Positions 1-14,376 are shown, counted from the stretch's first letter. The stretch: DNA of 64,000 nt from Eledone cirrhosa (GCA_964016885.1 OZ024740.1:339450001-339514000), one strand, 5' to 3'. A program made the numbers and translations. Notes: generated by a model from the sequence alone, not told the origin.

Positions 1-85
1 GAGTTCATGGACTAGGTGATGTGTTGTGTCCTTGAGCAAGAAACTTTATTTCACATTGCTCCAGTTTACTCAGCTGTAGAAGTGA
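1..85 (+). mobile_element. CORE/V-type SINE, partial (cut by window edge)
   Basis: gtgttgtgtccttgagcaagaaactttatttcacattgctccagtttactcagctgtagaa matches the central domain of the full copy at 57672-58010. Confidence 0.75.
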
Positions 86-345
86 TGATGATATACCATG
101 TGAATTTCAATTTTAGAAATTACTAAATTGTATGTCATAAGAGGTGACTAAAGAGACTGGCAACAGAAAGAGCATCTGGTCATCATCCAACACATGCCAG
201 CATGGAAAAATGGACAAAATATATATCATCATGATATATTTTATACTGAATAAAACTGATAGAACTGACAAATAATAGTAGAAAAACCAATGGAAACAGA
301 TTTTTCAGTCCAATCTGATATGAAAGACAAGGTTCCATGTTAATT

Positions 346-532
346 GTGGATTGGCAGTATCGGTAGAGGGTCGGTCGCCATGCTTTCCAGCATAGTTACG
401 TCCCTTTACGATCTGAGTTCAAATCCCGCCGAGGTTGACTTTGCCTTTCATCCTTACGGGGTCGATAAAATAAAGTACCAGTAATGCACTGGGTATTTGC
501 TGGCCTTGTGCCAAAAGTAGAAACAATTATTA
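346..532 (+). mobile_element. tRNA-derived SINE with Meta-like central domain
   Basis: A-box-like tggcagtatcggtag, B-box-like gagttcaaatcc, central gactttgcctttcatccttacggggtcgataaaataaagtaccag, (ATT) tail. More than ten related copies in the window. Confidence 0.85.
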
Positions 533-1213
533 GCTATGTCTTAGTTTATCAAATTTTATATTTGGATAAGTTTTCTAAAGAATTTAACTGATAGTAAACA
601 CAGTCTCTATACTCATCATTTATACTTCATTTCTGTCTTTAGTTTGTAAAACTTCACACTCACCCTCATTATCACCATCATCATTTTTACATACATTATT
701 TTATGCCTGCATGAGTTTTACAAGCTCTTTCCAGGACAGCTATTCTCTACATGTTTCTTTCTCCTGTCATCTGAGATCAGCTTCCACCACTTTGACCATC
801 CACTACATCTTCCTTCCATTTGGAACTCCTGGCAATTCTTCACCAAACAACTATCATCCATATGAATTACATATCTTTGCCATTACAATTTTCTTCCTTA
901 CACACTACATCTGATTCTACTTATACCAAGTGTTTCTCTCAACTCATGCACACTAACATTACATATCCAATAGAGAAAGTCTGCTCAATTCAGTTTCGTT
1001 CTGTTTTTTGCACATCCTCTACATTCAATGTTCATATCCCACTGCCATTACATTTTGTACACAGAGCTCATACAATCATTTAAATATATTTTGATCCACA
1101 GAATTCTTATCATATCTCTTACCTTTATATCTAGAAGATATGGTGATGTGATTAAGTAGATTCTTGTGTAATTATATGGCTTTGTGACCCACTAACACAT
1201 TCACATAATATAT

Positions 1214-1268
<55 letters not shown>

Positions 1269-1704
1269 CATACATATTTATACTCATATAATTCATACAA
1301 TTTTTATGGATCTTTCCAAATATACTTATTTTCACATACACTTATATATTTACACATGTAGCTCTTCCACATTCACTCACTCATTCAAAGCCCATAAGTG
1401 TATGATTGTATGAGTATATGTGTGTATATAGAGATACATGGAAACAGACATATGCACATATATATGTGTGTGTGTGTATATATATATATATACACACACA
1501 CATATACATATGCAGACAGACAGAGAAAGAGAGAGAAATATACATGCACACACACACACATATGCACATGCATGTATGTATGTATATATGTATACGTTTG
1601 TTTTATATAGAAATTACTTCTACAGGTCTAGAATATTTCATTTATATGATTTCATATGAATGAAACAGTTGTTAGAAGTCATTTCTATATAAAATAAGTA
1701 ATAC

Positions 1705-2126
1705 AGAAAACCCACCTTGCCTAAGTACAAAGCGAAACCTACAGTCAGTAGGCACCTCTTAATCAAATATACACCCCCTCCCACTACCCCAATCCCCCAC
1801 CCCCACCCATATCAACACCACCCCTTTCTCTGTAAAGTTATGTTGGTACCACAACATCCAGTCCTAAATAAATGAGGTCGTGTAGGTGTCACGACAAAAC
1901 AAAACACACAGTCCACGCTGTAATGTGGCCGTGTAGGTAACACGGTAAAAACCTCCCAGTCCACACTGTAAACGTGGTTGGTGTTAGGAAGGTCATCCAG
2001 CCGTAGAAAAGCTGCCAGACAGTCCCATACGAGCGAGACGACCAATCTTGCCTCAAGTGGGACAATTCCCATCTAAACCCATGCTAGCATGGAAGATAGA
2101 CATTAAACGATGATGATGATGATGAT
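1705..2126 (+). mobile_element. RTE LINE 3' UTR fragment
   Basis: Colinear with 5590-6000; ends cattaaacgatgatgatgat. Confidence 0.85.
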
Positions 2127-2612
2127 TATGTCTATATTCAATCAATGTATTGAGTAGTAGCTTTTTTAACTGTGGGCACCTTCCCCACCACCACCACATC
2201 ATCATCATCATTTAATGTCTGTTTACTATCAAGTTGACATTAGACATTGTAGTCAATTAAAACACTATTCTTCTTAATAGTATATTAATAAAGGTATACT
2301 GCTTATATATCATACCATTGCTGTGGTTATAAGGATGCACCATTATATGATCATCAATTGCTTGATCATTTTTGTTTTCTCTGATGATATAAATATAAGC
2401 AAAATTTATTATTAGTTCTTGAATCAATGTTCAGACTGTAATATACATATATACACAGTATGACACGAATATACATATATGAGCAGTACGACAAATATAA
2501 ACACACACGCACACACACACAAACACATGTGTATGTGTGCAAATAATGGCACTTGAGCAAGGTTCATTTACTTCCTGCTTTTTCTTTTATTTTGTTAATC
2601 TTTGTAGAAATC

Positions 2613-3072
<460 letters not shown>

Positions 3073-3079
3073 TTACCTA

Positions 3080-4073
3080 AACTGCGATTCTGTTTTTTTC
3101 TCTCTCTCTCTCTTACTGCTCCCTCGTTCTCTCTGTTTCTCCTACTTTCTTTCGCCCCCTCTGTCATGTCAGTTAACTCTTCCTCACACTTCCACTCACT
3201 CACTCACTGTTTCTCCTCTTCTCACTTCACCCCGTTCGCGACGAAAACATTTTCTCTCTTTCTCACATTTGAATTCGTTCCCGAAAGGTCTTTTTTCTAA
3301 GCGCTCATATATTCACCTAGCTTATGCTAACAGAATAATTATGAAGCTTGTTCCCTTCCTTCTACGGTTAGCTCTCCTCTTTGTTGTTATCTTGTCTCAC
3401 TCGCTTTACGCATTTTAATTGTCCTAATAACTTAATTTAGTTATTATTGCACCGACGTGAGGTATATGATTTTTAATGCAATGAAATATCTATGATCGTC
3501 GGCAAATCACTGATGAGGGACTTATTTTATTACATGTTATCCATGTGCAACCTGCAGTATTCTTCTCCCCATTTTTTCATATATATTTATATATATATAT
3601 ATATATATCATTGTGTGTATGTGTGTTTCTGTATATGTGTATGTATGTATGCAGAACTCATTGCTGAATGCTAATATCATGACTAATACACTATTTACTT
3701 CCCTGACATTTGTATATTACTCTATCTACGATACATGCACCTTTGATGAGTTGTAGTGCACCTGAGCACAGTACACAATAATTTCATTATTATTATTATT
3801 ATATATACACACACACATATACACACACATATATATATATATATAGTAGAATAATCGAGTATCGAAAAATCGGCGTACGAGTTCACGATAAACAAAATTC
3901 GATATGAGTGGCAGAGGGCTCAATAATTCAGATAAATCAGAGCTATAACTATCGTTAAAATACCAACACACATAGATCATGTCTAAAATCAACCATACGA
4001 CCGAAAAATTACGATCTGGAAGATTCGGGTCACTCAGATAAAATATCAAAAAATCAATAAATCATAAGAATGC

Positions 4074-4116
<43 letters not shown>

Positions 4117-4120
4117 TCAG
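3080..4120. promoter_or_regulatory. CpG-retaining unique region, possible promoter or first exon
   Basis: Many CpGs (ccgttcgcgacg, accgacgtg, atcgtcggc, aatcggcgtacg, tacgaccg) in an otherwise CpG-poor window; possible + strand donor GAG|GTATAT near 3461. Confidence 0.4.
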
Positions 4121-4240
4121 GATTCTACCAGTTTTAAACTAGTAAGATCATTCATTATTCAGCAGAGTACTGGATACTTAGGATAGTAGAGTGTAAATTA
4201 TATTAGAGAATCAGGACAACTCTCTAATATATATATATAT

Positions 4241-5608
4241 CAACTAATCAGAGAGAGAATTGACCTAGATGAAATGCAGTTCGGGTTTGTGTCAGGCAAA
4301 AGTACCACAGACGCTCTTTTCATTGTATGACAACTACAGGAGAAGTACCTAGCTAAAGGTAAACCCCTCTACTTAGCTTTTGTCGACTTGGAGAAAGCCT
4401 TCGACAGAGTCCCCCGTTCCATTATCTGGTGGGCTCTTAGAAAACTAGGCGTTGACGAATGGCTTGTGAGGGCTATACAAGCCATGTATAAAGAAACAGT
4501 CAGCAAGGTTAGAATTAACAACGAATATAGTGAAGAGTTTAGCGTAAAAGCTGGCGTCCATCAGGGCTCTGTTCTCAGCCACCTACTATTTATTATTGCC
4601 CTTCAGGCTATAACAGAGGAGTTCAAGACCGGCTGCCCATGGGAACTCCTATACGCAGACGACCTGACACTCATAGCGGAATCAATGGCCGAGCTAGAGA
4701 AGAAATTCCAAACATGGAAGCACGGCCTAGAATCAAAAGGACTTAAAATTAACCTGGCTAAGACTAAAGTTCTAGTTTGTAGGAAGGAAAATAAGGCGGC
4801 GGTCCCTTCTGGGAAATGGTCGTGCTCGGTGTGTAGGAAAGGCGTAGGTAGAAACTCCATTTTATGTCCTAAATGCAAAGTATGGGTGCATAAAAGATGT
4901 AGTGGGATCACAGGTAAGCTAACTAAGAACATAGATTTTACATGTGGCCGGTGCTCTGGTGCAATAAGTAGCAGCAAGTGCCCACAAAATACTAGCTCTT
5001 TCAATTGCGCAGAGGGTTCTATAGAAATAGTGGACAGCTTCCGTTACCTGGGCGATAAAATCAGCAGTGGGGGAGGGTGCTCTGAAAGTACAGTAGCTAG
5101 AGTCAGAACTGGTTGGAAAATGTTCAGAGAGCTTATACCACTATTAGCTGCTAAAGGGTTCTCCCTAAAAATGAAAGGCAGGTTGTACGATGCCTGCATA
5201 CGAACAGCAATGTTGCATGGCAGTGAGACCTGGGCATTGTGTGCAGAGGATATACGCAGACTAGAGAGGAACGAAGCTTGCATGCTCCGCTGGATGTGTA
5301 ACAATAATATACGTGAACGGCAAAGCATAAACGAACTAATGAAAAAATTAGAAATAAGAGGGATCAGATGTTGTTTACTCGAGAGAAGGCTACGTTGGTA
5401 TGGACACGTGATGCGCATGAAAGTCGATAGCTGTATAACAAAGTGCAGGGCAATAAAGATAGACGGTAGCCACGGAATAGGCAGACCTAGAAAAACCTGG
5501 GACGAGGTGATAAACTCCGACCTCACACACTTACACCTCTCCAAGACAATGTCACTGGACCGAGACCTTTGGCAGTACTCAGTAACTGAGAAGACCCGCC
5601 TTACCTAA
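4241..5608 (+). pseudogene. RTE reverse transcriptase (5'-truncated) with an internal PHD-type finger
   Basis: QFGF..GKSTTDA, FVDLEKAFDRV, GVHQGSVLS, LLYADD, GLKINLAKTK, FRYLG, HGSETW, RRLRWYGHV, GRPRKTW. One in-frame TGA at 4328 (probable CGA deamination); ORF 4388-5608 is open. Confidence 0.93.
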
Positions 5609-5997
5609 ATACATAGTAAAACCTACTACAGCCAGTAGGCATCTCTAACAAAATACACCCCGTCCCACCACCACCACCCCCACCCCATCCACACCACCCC
5701 GTTCTATGTAAAGTTATGTTGGTGCCACGCCATCGAGGCCGAAACAAATGAGATCGTGTAGGTGTCACGACAAAAAAACACACAGTCCACGCTGTAATGT
5801 GGCCGTGTAGGCAACACGGTAAAAACCTCCCAGACCCACACTGTAAATGTGGTTGGTGTTAGGAAGGGCATCCAACTGTAGAAAACCTGCCAGACAGTCC
5901 TATGCGAGCAAGACAATCACTCTTGCCTCAAGTGGGACTACCCCCGTCCAAACCCATGCAAGCGTGGAACACGGACGTTAAACGTTGATGATGATGA

Positions 5998-6000
<3 letters not shown>
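4241..6000 (+). mobile_element. RTE-clade LINE, 5'-truncated, young copy
   Basis: RT ORF, ~390-bp 3' UTR and ggacgttaaacgttgatgatgatgatga tail; both ends abut (TA)n. Confidence 0.95.
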
Positions 6001-6041
<41 letters not shown>

Positions 6042-9000
6042 CTTATATGTATGTGTGTGTAGATAGATATAAGCAAGAAAGAAGTCAAGCATGTATATCA
6101 CATAAACACACACACACACATATAAATATATATATATATATATCCATGCATACAGAAAGCTATTGACATAAACCCACACATACTAACATACATGTAGACC
6201 ATTGTTTGAAGTATATATATTTTTAAGTTCTTTTTTCTCTGTAATGTGCTAAAGCAGCAAAGAAGATGTATGAAAGGAATGTCAGTAAAATGCTTGTGTG
6301 GAGAATGATGGTCTTCACCTCCTCTCTTTACATTTCAGCTTCACTGATTCTGCTATTTGGTCTCCAGTATCTGAGAGATTTGTATTGTCCATTGAGCATT
6401 GGAGTAGAGCTGACTGTGGTAAAGAATGTTCATTCTGTCACATAGATTCTAGGTATTCTTCTGCTTATCATTAACATGCATGGTCAAACTCTTTAAATTA
6501 ACGAAACATGAACCTCTAAGTTGGTTCATTCTTCAGAAAAACCTTTTCTAGGTTTATTGATCTAATTTCTGTTCTGTGTCTTTCATGGTTAGTGCCATTT
6601 TCTTTATAGAATGCCACAGTTAAGATAAGATCGTTATTTCTATTCACTTCAGTTACAAAGATAAGAATTTGTTTGAAATAATGCTATGGAGACTTTAAGT
6701 ATTTCCAACGTTAAGTTTTTAAGAAAAAAACAAATTCTTTATGATATTCTCTACTAGTAGAAATATAAAAATACAAAAATGAACTCAATAAAATCAATTT
6801 GAAGTTGTACAGTATATTTAATCTGATTGAATATCTTTTACATCTGAGATAAATTTTTATTAATTTAAAATTTGTCATTAATTTTAAAATTATTTTTAGC
6901 AAAGATATTTTTCAGTACATAACTGAGATAGTTACGATAAATTAATGAAATGTGAACCACTAGATGGTGAACATATGAAAGTCATAGTTACTAACTAGAT
7001 TCCACTAAAGTTCAAAAGAATAAGAAGCAAAATGGTTATATTTCTGTTTGTTGGAGGGGGGCATGAAAAGAGCCAATATAGTGTAGTTGTTTAGCCCCAG
7101 TTCATCCCAAATCAAGCAGGGCTATAATCAAAGATATTCTAGCCATGATCATACCGTCTTTTATTCAGACATGTTGCAGAAATGGAATAAATTACTGAAA
7201 TACCATAATTTGTTGATGATTCACATTTTTTAGCCTGTGGCATGTTTAGAGGATGTAGGCCACTAATAATGAGGCTTTTGTCATCGTTGGTGGCTCATCT
7301 TACTGAAGAAGTATCAGGTGATGCTCCTGTGGGTGCTTCACTGTCCCCCCCCCCCCCAACCTTGATGTTATCCATAATAATACCCTGAGTATTTGAGTCG
7401 CCTCAAAGATTTTAGAATACAACAGCATTCCTTTTCTCTTCCGTAGTGTGTAATTGAGTGAGTGTGCGTGGGTTTTTTTTCTGACTAATTTTTATTCTTA
7501 TTTATTTGCATAGCCAAAAGAGAATAGTTTCATATATCTATAAACACATTATGTAATGTAGTTTTTCTATTTTAATACTACAGGATATGGGTTGAGGGAG
7601 ATTTGGTTGCTATTTCTAGCAGGTTAAGTACTCAGATAGAAGTCTACTCATTGGCTTGAGAGAGTAGAGAATATAGAAAACTTATATTGTATACTCACTA
7701 CCTCAATAAAATATAGAAATAGTGTATCAAACATTTTAAATATACCATATTAACTGGTGGCAATAATGAGTTACTAGGAATACCAACCAAATTTACTTTG
7801 AATTACACCACACCATATTGAAGAAGAAATAATTCATTGCATGAATAATGCAATGCCAAAGATAAGGATAAGATGGTCATCGCTTTAACACCTATGAGCA
7901 TTGGTTTACTTAGTCTAGGTTGACACAGGGTTAAAGAACAACTAACAGAGAAAATAGTGAAGGACCAAATACTATTGACTACAAAGTTGGTTTGCTGAAG
8001 GTTGTAAATTATGCAATAGAAGTTGTTTCGCTGATTAGATAAAAAATAAATGAATATTCTGAAACCAATGTTAAAGCCTACTCACCAGTGATATGTTTAA
8101 TAGAATTATCATAAATACATTCAAATCAAGCTAAAGATATCCAAAGTACAAGAGGTCACATAGGACTTTTTTATTTTCTCAAAACAGTGAATGTGATACT
8201 AATGAAGCTCATTCTATATTTTATGATTGATCAGAAATGTTATTTAAGTATATTTTAATAATTTTATGTATACTTTATTTTAAATCCTTTGTGAATACTG
8301 ATTAACCATCATTTGGGCACCAATCTACATGAGAGCCCTGAAATTATCCTATTTTAAAGTGTTCGTATTCAAATTAATCTTTCTATCATCATAAGGAGCG
8401 TTTTCAAGTCTTCTGAGGCTGGTGGGATAGTAAAAGGGAGAAAGGTATCCTCAAACCAGAGAGATGGCCTTAATGTTTGCAACAGTGTGGACTCTGTTAA
8501 AAACACCCAAGAGCCAGATGTTGGTGTTAAACCATAATATCGAGTATCTCTACCATTAAAGTAGACCAGGGTCGGATTTGAACTCAGAATGCAAAGATCC
8601 AGAACAAATATGGCAAAGTATCTCTTCTGGTGCCTTAACAATCCTGTCAATCCACAACCCTGGACTGCTGTTTATTTTGACTTCAAAAGGATGAAAGCAA
8701 AGTTGATTTCAGTGGGATTTGAACTCAGATCACATAGTCAAACAAATACCAGCAGACGTTTTGTTCTGTGCTCTAACATCTCTGTCAATTTACCTTTTAA
8801 TTATATTTCAAACAACAACATAAACATTTTAAAGTTTTTTTAACATATCTTTCTAAATTCTTGATTGTTCTCCAGTCTATTTGAAGTATATAAGCACTGT
8901 ATTTTACTAGGAATTATAATTAGAAAAGAGGTCACACAAGTTTCTATGTGTGTTTAATCCTTCTCTTACCATATTTCTAATGGAAGATATTGCATATAAT

Positions 9001-9356
9001 TTCAAATCATTTTGAAAAAATAAACTTTGAAGAGATTTACCAATATTATCGACTTTCTCATTATTAAGCTTAACAACCACATTACGACCATAATTTAACA
9101 ACCATACTTACATAAAATCATGATGGAAGGTTTTTAAATATACATAAAACACTTTAAAATAAACAGCTTTGTATCATAAAACCAAGGGCGATTCAGGTTG
9201 CTTGGTATCAAAAGTGTTAACCTACATGCCATATAACTTTTATTGTATTAATGTAACTTCAACCACTTCTGTTATTGAGGTGATATTAATTAGCTCTGTC
9301 GGGGAGCTAGAGTGAGTATAATGTTAATGGTATAGGGTAAGGCAGAGTACATTTAA

Positions 9357-9576
9357 CACTTTAGCATTTAAACCGGCCATATCCGGCCAGAATTCTCTCA
9401 CCTCTTTCTGTTCAAATTGGCCATAACTAGCCACTCATACTGACATTAAGGTATTGTTTTCAAAATAAATATTATCAAAATCTCATAGATTCGATATTAT
9501 GTGAGATAATTATGTAAGGTAAAACCTTACTGTAAAAATACAATAGTTTATATAGAGTAATGTAAATGCTAAAGGG
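9357..9576. mobile_element. piggyBac-type MITE
   Basis: TTAA on both flanks; TIRs cactttagcattta / taaatgctaaaggg; second copy at 17065-17276. Confidence 0.8.
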
Positions 9577-10399
9577 TTAAGGAACTTTGTCCAATATCAG
9601 TTCAGTAATCCAAATTTTTTAGAATGTGAGGGAAGCTAGTAGAAGTTTAATGTTAAAGCTTTAAGATGGGTTGGAGACATTTAAGTCAACTGCTCCCTTA
9701 GTAATGTTATATGAAATTTTATCAGCTATGGGTTGTTGTATGACAATAAACTGATATAGACTGGATATATTATTTGGTATGAGAATGTTGAGTGTGATCT
9801 AAAGGATGTATAAGGGATTTATGACTATTCATGTATAGACACAACAGAGATATATATTGGAGTTTGAGTAATTCATGTAGAGGTCAAATGGTGTTTGAGT
9901 AATTTGTGTGAGCCACTTGATTTGTGATTTGATGGAAATGATTCATATAAAGATACAATGTAAAAGAATAAGTGTGATCTAATGCAGACATAGGCAATAT
10001 TCTTCTAGCAGCAGGCCCTGTGAGGTATTGCTCAACATAAATTGGGCCACACCACTAAAATAACCCAGGCTTTGCTGCATTTCAGGCCAAGGAGGGTTAA
10101 CTTTCCAAATATCGGTTGCCCTCCATAGTCCATAGCAGTGGCGACTTCTGGTCTCCATGGCCCTAGGACCACCTCCCTACTTACTACCATTGACACAGAG
10201 TTGGCTACCTGCAGGGGTGAGCCTCACAAGTTGAAATAGCTCTTCCAATGCGTCTCTCTCACTATCTCCGGGGAAACGCCTTCTCTATACTGTCTACCTG
10301 CGCTGCAAGGTGACCAGCGCATGGGCCCCCTCCCCCATTTACTTATAATAGTGAGAGATGGGGAGAGCAGGAGAGACAGAGGCAATGACAGTGGGCATT

Positions 10400-10586
10400 T
10401 GATTCTATTGGGTTCGGACCTGGATAATGTTCTGTGGTCAGAAGCAGGCACCAGAGTCATCCTGGTTGAGCTGACCATCCCCTATGAGAGCCATAAGATG
10501 AGGAAGTATGAAGACATCCCCAGAGAGGTGACAAGAGAAGGTATCAATGCATAATAAAACATGTGGAAGTTGGTGTATGAGGATTT
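10400..10586 (+). mobile_element. HERO-like non-LTR element fragment (restriction-like endonuclease)
   Basis: DNVLWSEAGTRVILVELTIPYE..K..KY and VEVG motifs; near-identical to 15484-15650. Confidence 0.7.
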
Positions 10587-11459
10587 ACCACCTCTATTTA
10601 CCACACCACAATACAGCTAAAGATATTACAACTGCAATTATTGTCTTTTTCTTCAAGCATAGTGTATCCAGTTGCATAATTTATGAAATATTGTATGTAA
10701 TACAGAGTACACCATAGTCTATCTACATTACAAAAATACACGTGTCTCTGCATAGTTTTTTTAATTAATTGACACCAATTACATCTCAGCAGTAGATTTC
10801 AGGATTTCATTTGATGTTGTGAACAGTCATGCACACACGAGTACACGCACACACGTAACACATACATACATCTATATATTTATTATCATCATCATTTTAT
10901 GCTTGCTTTCAAAACTGACAGGTTTTCCTTAATTTTATGTCTACCACCAATAATGGCAGTTTATGGTATTTTTTAAGGGAATTTGGGTGAAGTTTTAGTA
11001 TGAATGGAGTTGAAAGCTTAGCTGATGTTGATGGTAGTTAGAATAGTGCACATGTGAGGGTTTTATGTTGAAAGCATCATGGATTTTTTGTGTTAAGTTT
11101 CTGAGCAATGAAGTGATTAAATGCAGCAATCTAAAAGCATGTTGTGATTTGAAGAGGGAAATGTAGGCTAACAAGGAAACCCAAGCTAGCAAGGAAGCCT
11201 CTATGCTGTTACACATACTGCAAAAAATTGCTGACAAATTTACCTCACATTCTACCCTACAGTTTTCTTCAGTTATTTAGTTAAGTTTCTATGTGTATAA
11301 CTATGTGTTCCTATGTTTAGGTGTGCTTTTCGTCTACTTATGTGATCCAGTATATTTGATTATGTGTGCATATGGTTTAATTTCTGAAACATGTAGTCAG
11401 TGTGGCATCAATGCTGTTGTCTTTAGTAAGATGATTATTTCTGCATAACTTTTGGCTAG

Positions 11460-11745
11460 AACTCAATTGTTCTATCATCCAATTTCTTCATTCCATTATG
11501 GTTTCATTTTCTTTTTTTTATGCTTCCATGTGTATATCTTCTTTTCACTGGATTTAAATCCTATACCTTGCTGAATTGTTACTTCTATGATACCCATGTT
11601 GTATTTTATTATAGCCTCTCCTCGTCGTTGTTTTCTACTGATTTGTTTGTATAACTCTGCTGCTTTTATATTGTCTTTAGATGTGTTTACTTTGAGGTTA
11701 TTTTCTTTCTTCATCAAATCTAGTGTTCCTGAGATAATTTTTGGT
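11460..11745 (-). mobile_element. Old LINE fragment (endonuclease-RT linker-like)
   Basis: AELYKQISRKQRRGEAIIKYN..IEVTI resembles the RTE-type linker; heavily decayed. Confidence 0.35.
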
Positions 11746-11919
11746 TGTTTTCATTACACTTCTTATATATTTGTGTGTGTGTGTGTCTATACACACACAT
11801 ATTCATACACAGACACACACATACCTACATAAATACATACACACACACATTCCTATGTATATGAAATGTACATTTATACAAGCATATACAAAATGTATCA
11901 AACAATGTTTTCTGACACA

Positions 11920-12530
11920 AGTAGCATCCAAGAAGTCAATTACAAAAAATAAATAACATGACAGGCCTTGATTGCTGGAATCAGCTTAAAAAGCTCAAAC
12001 TCTATTCTCACCAATTTGAGTGCTGCATCATTTGTACAATGGAGAAATATCACAGCAATATTATCCAAATTATGATGGTATCAACTTTAAAATTCACCCA
12101 AAGCTTCCCACCACCCAATGCTCTATGTACAGTACCAGATTTACCATTGTGTTTAGGTGTGCTTAAGCACAGGTCCCCGTTGGCCAGGTGGGGGTTGGTA
12201 TTTATTTTTCTGCCCCCAAAAGTTTTTACGATGAATTTTTCAAGTGTTTGGGGCCTCATAACTTAACTAGCACAGGGCCTCATTTGTTCTAAATCCAACA
12301 CTCCCTATGTACACTACAAAAATTCAACTCACATCATATAACAATACTACAAGAGAACTATTTCGTTGCCTCAACTAGCCCTGCTCTTTTCATTATACCA
12401 AAACAAATCATAAGAGAAAAAGATCCCATAATCTTCAAACATCTGGACAAATTCCTTTAAGAAATTCCAAATAAGCCACAAACATCTAGATATGTTGTGA
12501 CCCACAGTAACTCTCTACTTCGGTTGGCTA
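11920..12530 (+). mobile_element. CR1-group LINE 3' fragment interrupted by a hAT MITE
   Basis: GLDCWNQLKKLKLYS..IICTM.K and, after the insert, FKHLDKFL*EIPNKP, typical CR1 ORF2 C-terminal motifs. Confidence 0.7.
12130..12303. mobile_element. hAT-type MITE
   Basis: Imperfect TIRs cagtaccagattt / aaatccaacactc; 8-bp TSD tctatgta / cctatgta. Confidence 0.7.
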
Positions 12531-14204
12531 TGGAGTCCCCCAAAAAGAAAGAAGCCAATTATATGATCAGACCAGGGAAACTATGTTAGCATTTGTCTTT
12601 CCATTACTGATACTATCTGTTGATCACAACCCTTGGCAGATGCATCACCCCTTTCCAGTGAAAGGAGGTAGGGTTTGAATTCAAAATACATAGAACCAGA
12701 ACAGATATCACAAAGTATCCCATTCAATGTATTAATAATACCACTGATCTGCTGTCCCTGAACTAGTACTTTATTTATTGACCCTGAAAGGGTGAAAAGT
12801 AAAATTAATCTCAGCAGAATTTGAACAACCAGAACAAATACTGTGGAATTTAATTCAATGTTCTAATGACTCCTGCAAAACACTTCGATATATTGTTTAT
12901 TATGTCAGTACACTTTTCCAGTACCCTGGGTTTCATACAGATTTCCCAACATCACAGGAATTCACACTTATACTCACATTCACAGAAACATGTACAAAGA
13001 CTTATACAGACATACAACCTCAAACACCCATGTACATACATATACACTTGGATGCATACAGATATACACATGCACATATACATAAGAATACACAGACATG
13101 CATGCACATACACACACTCATATACATACATACTTTCATCACATATATACAAAGACACAGACACACACATGTGGCCAGATATCTTAATATTCTCACATTT
13201 GCTTGCTAGCTGTATTATATATATAGATATATTCATCCTCATCTTCCCCTTCTTATTATGTAATGATATCTTAGTTACCGACATCAATTTATCATTACCT
13301 CACACACATATACACACATGCACACACAGATACACACATATGCACTGAGACTCATACACATGACTGTACACACACATACACAAATGTCATCACTCACTCA
13401 CTCTTTACTATGTAATATCATAGTGGCACACATCAATTCAGTACTACTTCCTCCACACACTTATAAATACACACACTCACACATAAATTTAACTTCACCA
13501 CCACCCTTCTCCCTAGCTTAATATACCATTTCTTTCAGATTTTATTCTAATATTTCCTGTCATTTCCCCTGTTTTCAAATTTCCATTTCTACTAGAATGA
13601 GCATATTGTTTTCTGCCTGGATACTTCTGTCATTATCAATGCTGCTAAAACAAAAATGACCTCTAAATACAGTTTCTGCCAGACTCTTTAAGATATCGTA
13701 ATAATTTCATGATATTCTAATGAAGTTAAAAAGCTGCTGGAAGTATTTCCACCATTTCTTTTTAATCTGACAGTCTGTCAGAAAAGTATATTAAAAATTC
13801 TCTTGCCATGTCAATAGTTCCTTAGCTATTTATTGAATATTATCAGTGGCCATTCACTCATAGACTTACCTCCAACAACCTTCTCCCTCGTTCGATCACT
13901 CTTTCTTGTATAAACAGTGCCAAGATAATAGAATCATTGATTAGCTAAAACTACTCTGCTACATATGAATTAAATAGCCTTGGGCTATCCCCCTACTACC
14001 ATCAGACTGACTAAAATACCAAAAGACCAGCTATCTTGTCTGTTTTTCTATTCAAGGCACCATTTTTACAACCATATTATGAAGAATGGTGTTGTCTTTT
14101 ACATAATTAAATGACACATTAACAAAACCACCATTCAGTTTTAAGATTTCTAGTGAAGTCAGTTTTGCTCTTTAAATGTGAAAATGTTTTAAGCTATATA
14201 ACTG

Positions 14205-14376
14205 ATTGCAGATCATTGGTCGGACGCCATGCTTTACAACATAGAGTTACGCCCATTTACAGTCTGAGTTCTAATCCCACTGAGGTTAACTTTGCCTTAG
14301 GGATTGATAAAATAAAGCACCAGTAATGCACTGGAGTAATTGCTGGCCTTGTGCTAAAAGTAGAAACAATTATTAT
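14205..14376 (+). mobile_element. Meta-type SINE, truncated
   Basis: Matches 346-532 with an internal deletion. Confidence 0.75.

Noticed and set aside
4603-5544. Minus-strand ORFs of 133 and 166 aa
   Set aside because: They are antisense shadows of the RT ORF with no motifs of their own.
8086-8130. 45-nt minus-strand exon candidate (TAG|..CTG|GTGAGT, LDLNVFMIILLNISL)
   Set aside because: The splice signals are plausible, but there is no recognisable protein or partner exon, so it cannot be told from chance.
13530-14110. Possible very old CR1/Jockey-like LINE remnant
   Set aside because: Only faint motif similarity (INAAKTK), which is not enough to annotate.
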